DNA of 64,000 bases from positions 42,565-106,564 of the forward strand of contig CALSCP010002426.1 in the NCBI GenBank assembly GCA_943704425.1. The letters run 5' to 3'. The notes beneath the pieces are model-generated. The model worked only from the letters and a program-made list of their open reading frames with translations, had not been told where the DNA came from and did not search any database. The translations under genes and the position numbers were made by a program. This DNA is from Ministeria vibrans ATCC 50519. Lineage: Eukaryota; Protista; Filasterea. How positions within the stretch are numbered: the stretch's first letter is position 1; the number at the start of each line of letters is the position of its first letter. This document shows, piece by piece, positions 12,015 to 26,054 of the stretch.

Positions 12015-12899
12015 CGATTTCGTAGCAGAATAAAAAAAAAAGACGAACGAACGACGACGTTTGCATTGCCCAAGGGACAACACACGGCACTAGAACAGCC
12101 TCACAGGCTGGTATGGTGACCACACTATAGGTTAGAGGGGATCCAGGAGCCAAAGAGGAGGGCAGGAAGCGACACATGGCGAAAGTTGTTGAGAGTCGGG
12201 ACGTTTGACGAACAAAAAAAAAGAAAAAACGCCATCGACTGTGGGCCCAGAGGCGTCGGCGGCGCCAAAACCCCCACGGGGGCCCGGAACACACTTCAAC
12301 ACACCGGCTCCGCGGACACAGGGGGGTCGTGCTCTGATGTCTTACCGGTTTTCGAGCGGACGGCCGTTTTTTTTTTTTTCTTTTTTTTTTTTTTCCAACT
12401 GGGGAAAAGAAGAAGTCTGATCATTTTCTTGCAGGAAAAAAGCATCTTGTAAGGCGGCGCAATATCATCCCAAGCCGCAGCTGTCTTCCGTCTATCTGCT
12501 TCTAATCCAGGTATACTAGTATTCCCTTGGAGATCAGCTCGATCGTCTCTTCTTCGTCGCTGTGCACAGAGTGAATCCAATCGTGACTTACAACTTATTA
12601 TTATAATCAAATGTATCGTCCAGTTCCAATATATAATAAATGGCTATAGGGTAAACTAAAGCGGAGTGAAGAATGAACCGTAAACGATTCACGATTGATA
12701 CTCAATAAACATTAAACGCCTTCTGAGTCTTAAGCGAGCAATATCTCGCGCGTCGTGAGAGCAAAAGGCCAATCGATTTTTGATTAGTCGATTAACGATC
12801 TATTGATTCGATTATTTTTTTTTTTTTTCACCGTGTCTGGAGCAATTCGCAGCGAGAGATCCGTCCCGTTCAACTTGATCAGACTATTTGGTTTGCACC

Positions 12900-13372
12900 A
12901 TGGCAGATCGCAAAGGAAATAGTATGTCGAACAACGGAATGAAATTTTTTGACACGCGCTTCTGCAGCTGTGCTGACAGATGAGCAGTGGCGCTCGTTTA
13001 TCATGGAAATTCAAGGGCCACAAGTGTCTGACAAACAGGCTGCAGCGGTGCCGGAACAAGTGACTGTGGCGCCTTGCAAGGTTCGCAACACTTTGTGTGT
13101 TTTTTCGCCCCCCGACTCGTTTCTCGCTCTCCTCCTGCTTTGCCGCGTGCCTTTTTGCCCAGCCAATCCTTCGTAGTCACTGTTGGGGCATTGTTCCACT
13201 CTGCGGTTTGCCTATTGTGCCTGTGCGTTGCGTGAAATTTGACACACGCCGAATCAGTTTTGGCGGGGTGCCCCATACATCCAAACCCACTGACCTCTCT
13301 CTTTTCTCTTGTTTTTCTGTCACTTTGTTTCTCTGTCACTTTGTTTATCTGTCACTTTGTTTCTCTGCCACT

Positions 13373-13410
<38 letters not shown>

Positions 13411-13475
13411 CTTTGCACTTTGTTTCTTTCTCCCTCCTCTCTCTCTCTCTCTCTATCACTTTGTTTCTTTCTCCC

Positions 13476-13569
<94 letters not shown>

Positions 13570-15034
13570 CTCTGTCTACTTGTTTTTTTCTCTTTCTTTT
13601 TCACTGTAGACGCACCAGAGCCAACCGAAACGGAACTACGCAAGTGCCGTTGTGGTGGTGAAGCGCCAGACTGAAATGAAGTCGCAGCCGTCGTCGCCAG
13701 GCCACCAAGCGCCACCATTTGTCCCACAATTTACACCATCAGCCACGACTAAATCTAGTGCATTGCCTGTACATTCATCGACTGGTGGCGCGTCTGCACC
13801 GATAGCAGGCACGGCTAACAAACTGATTGCAGAGGCGGCCGCGCGAGCACGCGCTGATGCCAATTCCGAGGCGACCGAAGGCGCCCTCGATCTGAAGGCC
13901 GACGACTGGTCAAGTGTGATGCCCGATGTTTCCAAAGGGGGCACTTATGCGCCCTGGTCGTCATCCGATCCAAAGCTCGATGCGGGTGGTCAAGTGTATG
14001 AGCCGTATCGCGCGCAAGTCGAACAGCCTTTTCAAGCACTCAAGAAGAAACGCACGCGCAACAAGGTCAAGGCTGAAGGTGGTCAAGCTATGGTGAAAGC
14101 TCAAGCTTCTAGCCAGCTGACTCAGGGACAAGCGACTCGATCGGCTGCTAGGATCAAAACGAAGACGACCGTTGTTGAAAACAGTCATGGTGGTGGTGGT
14201 GGTGGTGGTGGTGGTAGTGGTGGTGGTGGTAGTCATGAGTGGATCCAAGTAGCGCGAGCTGGCAAGACTGCGAGTAAGGGTGCTTCATCGTCGTCAGCAT
14301 CATTTGCCCCCTCCAGCACCACAGGCACACGTTCCACCACGACGGCCACACTCGTTGAGACACGAGCGCGACCTTTTGTTTCCGTGTCGTCTGAGCCTCG
14401 TGTCATGCTGCGCCCACGCGAGACCTACTCGACCGACTCGCTTGTGTCCAATTCATCGAATGCACGCTACTTTGTCATCAAGTCGTTCAGCGAGGACGAC
14501 GTGCACAAGTCCATCAAGTATGGTATGTGGGCGAGCACAGAGCAAGGTAACCGCCGTCTGAACCAGGCTTATGTCGAGCAGGCGCGCGACCAGGCGCCCC
14601 TCTACTTGCTCTTCAGTGTCAACAAGAGTGGTCACTTTTGCGGTGTGGCCGAAATGACCTCCGAGGTGGACTACGCGACTGACCAGCACGTGTGGGCATC
14701 GTCGGGCAAGTTCAAGGGCACATTTACAGTGCACTGGATCACCGTCAAGGACCTGCCCAACGGTGCACTCAAGAACATCATCAACCCGTGGAACGACAAC
14801 AAGCCCGTCTTCATTGCGCGCGACGCCACTGAACTTCCTCCGCAGTGCGGTCGCGACTTCCTTCGCATCTTCCAGCAGCACCGCATCACCCAGTCGCTCT
14901 TCGACGATTTCTCTTTCTACGACAGTCGTGAGCCTCAGATCGTCGCTGGTGAGCTTAGCGACTATATTCCCAAGAAGAAGCAGAAGGGCAAGCCATCTGC
15001 TGCCGCTGCTCCTGCTTCTCCTTCCTCCATCTGA
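12900..15034 (+). CDS. YTHDF-type m6A reader
   Basis: YTH domain at ~14460-14930 (RYFVIKSFSEDDVHKSIKYGMWAST...LFSVNKSGHFCGVAEM...HWITVKDLPN). The large last exon starts at 13610. The three upstream exons from ATG 12900 are less certain. Confidence 0.9.
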
Positions 15035-15338
15035 TGACTAGCGTTGTCAGAATATATTTGTGTTTGCCCCCCTCTTCGTTTCAGTACACCGTATACTATA
15101 TTATTTTCATTAACCACGACAAAATAACCTGTTGAGTATCAACTCGCAAGGGTGTTTGTTCAAAGTTGGAAATTCGCTAATGAGAACAATCATAGCAATA
15201 ACAATAAATCACAATGCAATAAGAAGGAAAGAACAGTCAATACAAGTCCGACGTCTTGTTACTTGGGTATCAGAGGTGTACAAAGGTTGTTTCATTCAGG
15301 TATGTATGTATGCGGGGAGGAGGGGATACGAGGCAGGG

Positions 15339-16165
15339 TCAGACGTAGATGCCGGCGGTGAGGAAGAGGAAGAGACTGCCAAAGCCAAGGAAGACCGAGG
15401 AGAGGACGGCCAGGGGAAGCTCCTTGGCAATGCTACGGCTCTTCGTTGTCGTCTCATACCTACAGCAAGCGCACAGGAAAATGTGTGTTATGGCAGCAGG
15501 ACGGGCAGACGGTCGCTTACACGAAGAAGGAGCCCATGAACACAATGCCGCTCACCATCAGGATGAGGGCGAGGAAGGGGAAGAGAGCCTCGCTCACCAG
15601 CGGTGCAAAGGGTGTGTCAGTCTGGAACCAGAAGAGTGCGGTGCGAGGCGTGAGTATGGGAGCGGTGGGTGTCACAGTCAGAGAGCGAGAGAGAGAGAGA
15701 CAATGGAAAGCAAAAAAAAAAAAAAAAAAAAAANNNNNNNNNNTCCACGCAGGCATACCGCCAGAGACAGCAATGAGTCGGCCGGTGCGCAAAAAAAAAA
15801 TGAAAAGAGCGAAAGCAAAGTAGCACAGTGGACGAGAGGCATGGCACATGGTGGTTAAGGCATGTGTTCAGACGGTGGTATTGAGAGCATGGCTGATTGA
15901 GGGAAGAATCGTTGAGATGTTTGGGTGGAAAAGAATAAAAAAAAGGTCAGCGGTTGCCACTGACACGTGGCAGAGCCGTTTTAGAGCACGCCGTCGCTCG
16001 CATGCTCAGGTACAGCTATCACAAGAGGGTATCCCGCGCCAATATTTGCAAGAAAGGCACCACGAAGGCCAAGGCGGTTCGGCAATCATCAATGCAAGAT
16101 CGCCTCTGCATTTCACTGGCACTTGGCACTGGACACACTATGCACGCATCCGCTACACATACCAT
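15339..16165 (-). CDS. TMEM258: Oligosaccharyltransferase subunit TMEM258 (Kuduk/OST5-like)
   Basis: ATG-only first coding exon (16165-16163, followed by GTATGT), then exons 15621-15521 and 15459-15339: MTDTPFAPLVSEALFPFLALILMVSGIVFMGSFFV|YETTTKSRSIAKELPLAVLSSVFLGFGSLFLFLTAGIYV*. The C-terminal GIYV matches the family. Confidence 0.85.
15734..15743. other. Assembly gap (10 N) after a poly-A run
   Basis: N run. Confidence 1.
16003..16096 (-). ncRNA. Candidate intronic box C/D snoRNA in TMEM258 intron 1
   Basis: Sense strand reads TGC-AT-TGATGA...CTGA-GCA with k-turn geometry, 94 nt. No rRNA target recognised. Confidence 0.25.
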
Positions 16166-16532
16166 GTCAAACGAGCAAGGCTGAAGAAACGACTAATTCC
16201 TATTTTGTGCGGAATCATTCAATTTTCAATTTTTAAAAACAAGGATCAAACTTTTTTGATCGTTTTGATTCTGTGCCACGTCTAAGAATGGTAAGGAGCA
16301 AGAGAGAGCGAGTGATCGAAGGGAAAGACGGCAGCATTGAAGCGCATTGTGTGTTTCTTGCAGGCATCTCTTCCTCCTCTTCTACCGTCGACGCGTCCCA
16401 AGGACGTCATGCCTGTTGCGGTACGTACATGGACAGACAACGAGGTGTCATGTCTACACCCATCTAACCTCTCTCGTTTTTTCTCCCTTTCCTATTTCCA
16501 TTGGCATTTCGTTTTTTTTGTTCACGAACAAA

Positions 16533-17131
16533 ATGTCGTCTGACGCGCAGAACGCACACCACGACACTCTTCGACTAGGGTTCCAGAACCCACAGGGGTC
16601 TTTGGCGCATGTTCATCCCATGGAAGCAGTGCAGGAAGGGGTACGTCGGCCGGATGTGCTCGCCAGAGACGTTTTCCGTGCAACAGTCGCACACGTATAA
16701 CAATTGTTTTGCTGTGTAGCAATTTGAGAATCAACTTCAAATGCGACTGGGGATTTCAGAGCGTGCGCAAGGTGCGTCTGTGCGCACACGAATTGAGGTA
16801 CGAAGGATGCGGTTGAGAGGGACGTGCACAGCTGAGGCTTGCACTGAGTAGATGGAGCGCGCCATTCTGTGTCGGGTCCAGCGGCCACCCGTACTGCACA
16901 GCAGCCGTCTTGGGTTGGAGGCAGTCCTTGGCGTCGATGAGGACATTGGTTTCGACGACATTCTCAACGGTACCGCGACAAAACGACCTCCCCCCTACAA
17001 AAAAAAAACAATGTTTCTCATTACATTTCCGTTCATGTATCTGTTGATTCATGGTAGACCCGCGTGAGGCGGTGCGCGTTGGCTCGTTTCATGCGATGAT
17101 GGAGAAACGCCAGTTTGGAAAGCCCTTGTAA
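16533..17131 (+). CDS. POMP: Proteasome maturation factor UMP1/POMP
   Basis: Four exons: HDTLRLGF...HPME...|...RAQGASVRTRIE|MERAILCRVQRPPVLHSSRLGLEAVLGVDEDIGFDDILN|DPRE...HAMMEKR...*. Confidence 0.9.
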
Positions 17132-17420
17132 ATTGTATAATCAAACACTACGTAGCGGGAGACGACTTCCCTGCAGACAGACTTGGCCGCCTTAGAGTTA
17201 TTACGTATTGAGGTGCTCCTACTGCCCTGCTCATGTCTTAGAGTTGTCAGATGAGAGTTTGAGCGATAGTTGCTTAACAGTGGTATACTGCTTTATTACT
17301 TCAAGGTTACCACTTTTTTATCGTTTATCTTATTAATTTCTTGATTTTCCTTGAAGAATAAGATTAAGACCAAGATCAACAATAACTTTTTTTTTTCTGC
17401 TTGCTTTACAACTGATTGGT

Positions 17421-19953
17421 ATGCTGCTACAACTTGTTGCTATTGTTGCACACTTGTTTGTACACGCAACGGCAGTGAGCCTGTCTGACTTCTCGATTGT
17501 TTCGGTCCACAATGAGGAGCGTACGCAACACTGAGAACTCACTCGCTCTCTCGCTCACTCAGTCGCTTTCTCGTTTGCCCAGTTGCATCATTCGAGTCAA
17601 ACCTCCTTCCGGTACTGGTGACCGACTTCAATGGTGACGCGTATGCCGACTACTTTGTCGAGTCGACCTTTGCGAAGAACTTGCTGGGCGGCAGTCGCAT
17701 TGGCCTCCAGCGCCTCTTTGATCCGCTGCCGCTCGCTGTGGACACGACGCAAGACGATGCATCATCTGACCAGAACAGCGTCGAGTCTGTGCATGACCCG
17801 TTCAAGGCGTCTCTGGCCGCGACTGGCGACGTCAATGGCGACGATGCCCTCGACTTGGTCCTGCTGTCGCCCACGCTGCTCTATGTCCTGATCAATGCCG
17901 GTGGGGGCGACCGCTTTGTGCGCAGCACCGTCGCCTCGTTGGACCCGTCCGATTTGGTCCACTCGATCGCGTTAGGCTATGTCAACGACGACCGTCGCTT
18001 GGACATTGTCGTGGTGTCCCGTCGACGCATCCAACGCTTCCTTCAAACGCCAGTAAGGCCATTGCGCATCTCATCTGCATATAAATGTCTGCTCACGACT
18101 GGTTGTTGTTCATTGTTCATTGTGGTTGCAGGAGGGCACTTTTGACATGGAGTCTGCTGAGCTCACGATGGAGTGTGTTTCAGGGGTGATGAGGTACAAC
18201 GCCGAAGCTCTTTTTGAACTTTTGAACTTTTGAAGCGGTCTTGATACAAATGGATGGTTTGTGTAGGGATCTCGATGGTGATGGCAGCGCGGAAATTGTG
18301 ATTGTCAGTGCAGAAGGAAACGTGATAGTCTTGGGAGCCGAGAGTGGGAGGGCACGGGAGGAATGGGAGGCATTGCAAGTAGGGGATGGGAATGAGACGC
18401 GTGAGTGGCGAGTGGTGCTGGGCGATGCCAATGGCGACGGACGAGACGACCTCTGTGTGCTTGGTGGAGGTTCACCTGTCGTCTACATTGCTCGGCCACT
18501 TAATCATGAGTCGTCTCGTTGGCACGAGCCCATTTCAGGTAGTTTGAGAGAGGATTTAGAAAGAAATGCAGAGTGACAGAGAGAAACAGAGTGACAGAGA
18601 GAAACAAAGTGATAGAGGAGAGAGAGGATAAAGAAACACAGTGGTAGAGAGAGAAAAAAAAAACAAAGTGATAGAAGGATTTCAGCACTAACTCATGTTT
18701 GACCAGCCGTGACAACATTGGACGGGTCTCCAGCTCTGTGTGCGTTGGGTTCATTGGCAGACATGGACAATGACGGTCTTGCTGACTTGCTGTGTGCGTC
18801 ACCGTTGGGCGCACTCCGCCTCTTTCTCACTGTCACTCCCGATCCCCTTGAAACGTACCCGACTCATTGATTATTCTTCTGGGCTTTTTATCGCTCTTGT
18901 TCATGCATTCTTCTCTCTCTCTATCACGTTGTTTCTTTCCTTCTCATTTCTGTCTCTCACACGCACTGTGTAGTAAGAGTTTTTCGTTTGTGGAGCGCTC
19001 TCAGGCGCACACACTAAGTGGACTGCACGATCGCGTTCTGGGCGTGTTTCCCGTCGACTTTGACAACGACGTATGCGCACGCAAGTAGAAAAATGTACCA
19101 ACCTTACTCATAAATATATATATATATGTATGTGTTGCAGGGAAACATGGACGTGATTGTGGGCTCGAGTGGACGAGAGGGTCCTTTGGTGCTTCACGGC
19201 GACGGCCAGGAGCCAAGTGGAGAGGCGCTAATGCGCAACCATGTGCGGGTGCGTCTGCGCGGGGGAGGCGCACTGGGCTCGCGAGTCACTGTGCACCAGT
19301 GGGATCCGCTGCTGGGCGACCATGCAATGGGCAGTGTCCTTGCATCAGTGGTATGTGGAGGTGTGAGTGGGGTTGTGCGAGCCGTGTGCTGACTTTTTTC
19401 GTAGAGCTATCCTGGGTATGGTATTAGTGTGGGGATTGGCACGCGCACGAGTGTGTGTGTGGAGGTTCTGTGGAGTGGGTCACGGGTGCGCGAGTACTTT
19501 GTTGGTGTGTGGCACAACTCACAGGTGGAGTGGACGGAGGGCGAAGGGCGGAAGACGGTTGTGGGATGGGCGGAGGCAGAGCAGGTGGAGGGGAAGGAAG
19601 AAGAGGAGAGCAAGGCGGAGGAGGAGAAGGATGAGTGGGAGACGGTGGGGGGCGGAGATGCACAGCAGCAGACGGAGTCGTCAAGGGTGAAGGAGACGGC
19701 ACGAAGCCGAAGTAAGATGGAGGATATGCAGGCGCGCACCCAGGAGAGGGAGAGCACGCGACCGCCGCATGTGCCGGCACGGTGGGAAGACGACGATGAT
19801 GACGAGAGTGTTGATGATGGGGACCGTGGCAGTGGCGATGTTGAAGATGATGAGGATGTAAGTGTGTTTGGGGGCAGTACGCTGGACTCTGACTCGTCTG
19901 CTTTTGCGGGTCTGGCTGCGCCAAGACGCAGACACTCCGACGCAGACTTGTGA
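17421..19953 (+). CDS. Secreted FG-GAP/VCBS-repeat protein with ASPIC/UnbV-like segment and acidic tail (CRTAC1-like)
   Basis: Signal peptide MLLQLVAIVAHLFVHATA; Ca-binding motifs DFNGDAYAD, DVNGDDALD, DLDGDGSAE, DANGDGRDD, DMDNDGLAD, DFDNDGNMD; then NHVRVRLRGGGALGSRVTVH...GIG...VEVLW. No transmembrane segment. Confidence 0.7.
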
Positions 19954-20029
19954 CTTCTGTTTGTGATTGTATGTGCATGTGTGTACAGAGAAAGGATTCA
20001 TTACATTACAAGCGCGAAAGAGAGTGCTG

Positions 20030-21258
<1,229 letters not shown>

Positions 21259-21264
21259 AATGTA

Positions 21265-22030
21265 CTAGAAAATGTCACCGAGCGTCGTGTCGTTGCTGTA
21301 GAACTGAGTGAGGCGTTGTTGTTGAGAAGTCAACGAAGAAGAAAAAGAAGAAGACGAAGACGAAGACGCGGAGGAGGTGGTGATGGTGGTGGTGGTGGGA
21401 CCAAAGATGGAGCCGATGGGTGCGCCGGGATGAGTGTCGTAGCGTGCGTTGAGACGGGACGCAATCAGGCCGAAGAAGGTCTGAAGATCTGTTTGCGGCA
21501 GAACGGTTGTCTCGTGGATGTCAGAGCGCAAAGTGAACTTCCAGCCAAGATGCGCAGAGCAGACAGGGCAGGCGGCAACAGTCCAGGAGTAGCCAGGGAA
21601 CCACGAATAGTCGGAGATGGGATGACCTCGCAGGTGAACACTCGCAGCAGCAAATGTGATCACGTCAAAGGTGACGAGTTGAGGATTGGTGAACCGCTGG
21701 ACGAGAGCGTCGCGATCGCCGAAGAGAGTGGCGTTGAAAGCGGTGGCGGAGGGCGCGGCGAGAAGATTGATGAGCGAATCGGCCGGAGCGATGGTTTGGC
21801 CACAGGCACAGGTAAGCTGCTGACCTACAGAGATGAGACGCACGGGTGTGATGATCCAGGCGCATGCCGGCCAGGAAGAAGGCCGTGGAGATGGTGATTT
21901 CGTAAGGGGGCGCATGACACAGCAATGGGAATGCGATCATCGGACACGCGCTACCTTGCACGGGGGCGGGGAACGCGAGCGCGGTGAGTGTGACAAGGAG
22001 CAATTCAATCAGAGATGCCGATCGTCTCAT
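21265..22030 (-). CDS. Secreted cereblon-like CULT-domain protein
   Basis: Signal-peptide exon (MRRSASLIELLLVTLTALAFPAPVQ) spliced to LTCACG...FTNPQLVTFDVIT...YSWFPGYSWTVAACPVCSAHLGWKF...FFGLI, followed by a Thr/Ser-rich tail. Confidence 0.85.
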
Positions 22031-22304
22031 TCACGGCTGCTCTAGCAGCGCGAGGAGAAAAGCAGGTGAAAATTTTGATTTTAAAAAATAAAATCCAAAG
22101 TCGAAAGTCGACTCTCCGAATAGTATAATAGTCGAAAGATGCGGTCGAACGATCTTTTGCTCCACAACGCAATTGTTTTCGCCCAGCGATAGATTCACAC
22201 TTTGAGTGTATTAGATTGTATTAGATGGTATTGTAGGCCAGGTGGCTGGCTGGGCGGCCTTCATCCTCATGTGCACATACTTTATAATTAAAGGTTTAAT
22301 AATG

Positions 22305-23959
22305 TTACTTGGACCTCCACGTCTCGGAGACGATGAGGGGAGCAATGACGCGACAGGCGGTGCCAAGAACGGCGACGGAGCGGATGGTGGCGGAGAAGGG
22401 GTTGCGAGAGCGAAACTGGCGGGCGACGGCAACAAAGGCGACGGAGAAGAAGTGGAAGATGAGAGTGGAAGGGGCGGGGCGCAGGGCAGAGAGCAGCTGG
22501 ACAGGACCCGCGACGCACTCGCCACCGCGCTGGAAGTACTCGAAGCAGGCGTCGCGCAGCTCAGACAGGTTGGGGCTGCTGGCAGAGAAGAGCTCGTAGA
22601 GGGCCTGGGCGAGCACGTTGACGACAAAGGAGTGGTTGTCGCGACGCACGGTGTGGATGGCGTGGCTGGCAGCGGTGACGGCGGCGGGCGCGGAGGGACT
22701 ACGGAGGTCTGGGATCGCACGCAGACGGGCACGCCACAAGACGAGATCGTTGAAAGCGACAGTCATGCCACCGCCCGTCAGCGGATGGCGCATATTGAGC
22801 GCATCGCCTAGCAAGACCACGCCACGACGCACCAGCGGTGCAGGCGGAAGAAAGCTGTTGGGCATGCTACGCAGAGGCTCCTGCTCAATGTTGTCGAGCG
22901 CACGCTCAAAGGGTCCACGCAGGTGCAACGGTAGTTGCGGTGCGACGTGCGATCGTAAGTGGCGCTCAAGGTCACCGTTCGACGTCTTGGGCAGTGGGTT
23001 GGCAACGTCGACGAGGATGCGTGTGTCGTGTGTGCCAATCTGGTACACAAGCACCGGACTCGGATTGGTCAGCACCACCTCGGCGTAGTTGCTCCTGAAC
23101 ATATCCACGTCTCGCAGCACCAGTCCGACAAAGTTGGATCGCACTGTGGGCGCAGTGCGCACGAGCGTCTTGCGGAACTTGCTGAAACACCCGTCGGCAA
23201 CAATGGTCAAGGGCGCATGCACAGTGCGAGTCTCGCCCGACTCGCGCTCCCGGTACGACACGCCGCTCACACGACTCGCGTCCTTACTGTGCGACTCCAA
23301 ACCCACCACCGTACCGTTGATAATCCTCACATTGGGCTCTGCCTGTGCTACACGACGAAGCTGAAAAAAAAAAAAAAGGACACAAACAGTGAAAAAGGAA
23401 ATCGCACTCGGGTTGAATCGCTGTTGACTCTCACACGCCATACCTCCATGATAAAAGGGCCGTGGTGGAAGGAGTAGCCGGTGTGCTGGCCCTGAAGGAC
23501 TCCCGAGTTGTCTGCGAGATTCTGTTCGCTGGGATAGGAAAGGGTGACCTGGCTGGCCAATCCTTGATGGACAATGTATCCTCGCTCAACGACCGCATCA
23601 ATTCCTTTCCAGTCAATGTCATCGAGTAACCCCAGCGTTTTCAAGGCCTGGCAGCCACCCGGCTGCAGCAGTTCGCCCACAATCCGGTGCGGCTCTGACA
23701 TGTCACGTTCGATGAGTGCGACTTTTCGCCCGTCCCGCGCCAAAACTGTCGCCATGGCGGCGCCCGCAACGCCCGCCCCGATAATAATAACATCAGGTTC
23801 GTCGTCTGGCCCTGCCACCGCAGCTTCAAATTGGCTCTCGGCTTTGGTCGTGTCGGTGTTCGCGCTAGATGACTTTCTCAACTGAGAAACCATCGTGAGC
23901 ATCACAACGACACAGGTAGCGGCAAGTGCCGTGCTCGAGGTGAGTGCCAACTCAATCAT
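22305..23959 (-). CDS. SQLE: Squalene epoxidase (conventional FAD-dependent SQLE/ERG1)
   Basis: GAGVAG, RIVGELLQPGG, FHHGPFIME|LR, APLTIVADGCFSKFRK, GDALNMRHPLTGGGMTVA. One intron. Confidence 0.96.
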
Positions 23960-24321
23960 CGTTAAACAGGTTTGATCTCGAGGCGATAGGTCGATTTCTC
24001 AAAAAAAAATTATCATAAAGGAGTGAACTCGAACTTTTCAGCTAATGAGCTTTTTAATCTCTCATTTCAGATAATCATATTCTGTTTCCTCTCGACGCTT
24101 CTGTTAGTTCTGCAGCTTAGAAAGTGGTTCTGACTCACTTCTGAGCTGTTTGTGTTGTCGCTTTTCGTTTGTGATTGATAATAAATTGGAAATGTCTTCT
24201 TCTTCTTCAGATAATTCATAATCACATTTCATAAATTAATAATAATTATTCATCTTTTCTTCATTGAAGTTGTGTTTGGTGCACTACTGCGGTGTCACAT
24301 CTAGATAGATACTGAGGGAAG

Positions 24322-25999
24322 ATGCGCCTGCACTCTGTTGTTGCGCTTCTGGCTGTCTTTGTCGGTAGGGCGAAATGCTGCACCGCCCCCGCCTGCCCTT
24401 TGCACTTCCCAGTGTCCCTGTCGACGACGCGTCCCTTTGGCCGTGTCCGCTGTGCGAACCCCGCTCTCTTTCCCTTCCTTTTAAAGCCCTTTTTTATTTA
24501 CACTTTCCGCCTTCCTGCGTGTTTTTCTCATTTGAGCACGCCCTCTCTCTGCCCCCATCCATTCCTGTTTGATATCCCGCAATGCTTAATGATCGTCCGG
24601 CCGCTTTGGCTTCTGTTTCACTCGTGTTTTAAAAAAAGAGTTCCGCCCATAAAAATAAAAAAAAACTCTAAGTCGCTCGGTTGTCTGTGAACTCTTCTCC
24701 TGCCTTTCTGTGTTTGTGCAGGTCTGGCGTATGCAGCGCGTGTGACAAAGCTGCCTCTGACCGGGCGTCCGGGCACGGACTATTTTGTCCAGCTGCGCTT
24801 TGGAGCGGATCCAACGGAATACACAATGCTGGTGGACTCGGGCAGCGCCGTCCTCGCTGTTGCCACCGAAAACTGCTGCGACAAGGTCAGTCGGGCCGCG
24901 AGCGCTCTGCTTGCTGCCTCGTGTTGACTTCGATGCCCACTTATGTTGTTGTGGTCTCTCTGTAGACGGTCGAGTCGAGTTTTGAAATTGGAAACTCACC
25001 TGTGGTGGGACACACACACGCTCGCTATGGTATCAAGGGATCGCATACGGGGTGGGAAGCAAGTGTGGTGAACTCTGTTGTGAGCTTTGTGGGTGCGCCT
25101 GCGCTGACGGCGACCAGTGAACTTGCAGCCATCACACACAACAAGCACTTCTTTCGTGCCGACTCGGAGGGGCACCCCTCCAAGAACCAGGGCATCCTGG
25201 GCCTTGCCTACCGCCAGATTGGCACGTCGTACTATGTGGACGGCGAGCCGCGCAAAATGACGCCACTTCTGGACACACTGGTGCGCACTGGGGCGCTCGA
25301 GGACGATGCCTTCTCGCATGTGCTCTGCGCTCACGGCGGTACCCTCGCGTTGGGCGGCATCACACCCGACATGTACGATGGACCCCTTATGTACGCGCCC
25401 ATCATTGCGAAGACGGTTTACATCGTGCCCATGCTTGATGTCCTCGTTGGCGATGACAGCCTCGTCGGCCAAGGCGTGCCCCGGTCTGTGTTTGGCGGTC
25501 ACCACAAGGGTGCCATAGTCGACAGCGGCACCACCGACCTCGTCCTGCCCGCCAAGGCCTTTGATGCATTTGTCACCCTCCTTTGGGACCACGTCTGTCA
25601 CTGCAAAGGCCCGGAATGCTCGCAACTTTGCCAAGAAATGCAACAACAGGTACGCAAAAGAGACAGACCACAACTATTCATTTTATTATTCATATTCATG
25701 ACAACTTTTTTTTCTTCTCTTTATCTTCAGGGTTTCTTCGCGGGCATTGCCAAGAAGTACGTGGGATTGGACGTGCAGCCGTGCACATGGCCGACACTGT
25801 CGATCATTTTGCGCAACACCGATGGAACCGCCTTCAGTCTGCCTCTGCCACCCACCTCCTACTTGCGCTGCAAAACCGAGTGTGCCAACCCAACAGACTG
25901 CTCCCGTTGCACCGCTTGGTTTCTCTCCGTCCAAAACTCGGGAGAGGTATCAACTCATGCGATCAATCATCCTTCTCTTTTCTCCTATATTTTCTCTCC

Positions 26000-26054
<55 letters not shown>

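Noticed and set aside
13268-13678. Alternative reading DAPEPTETELRKCRCGGEAPD* ending 1 nt before ATG 13676, which would make a second bicistron
   Set aside because: It needs a weak GC donor. The GT donor joins the upstream exons directly in the YTH frame.
16010-16035. Similarity of the candidate snoRNA guide to LSU rRNA CCCTCAGGATAGC
   Set aside because: The match is imperfect and in the sense orientation, so it cannot act as an antisense guide.
17421-19953. Integrin alpha
   Set aside because: No thigh/calf-length region, transmembrane helix or GFFKR motif.
21259-21267. Genome-wide TAG reassignment
   Set aside because: Several thousand codons of conserved ORFs have no internal TAG, and other genes end plausibly at TAG.
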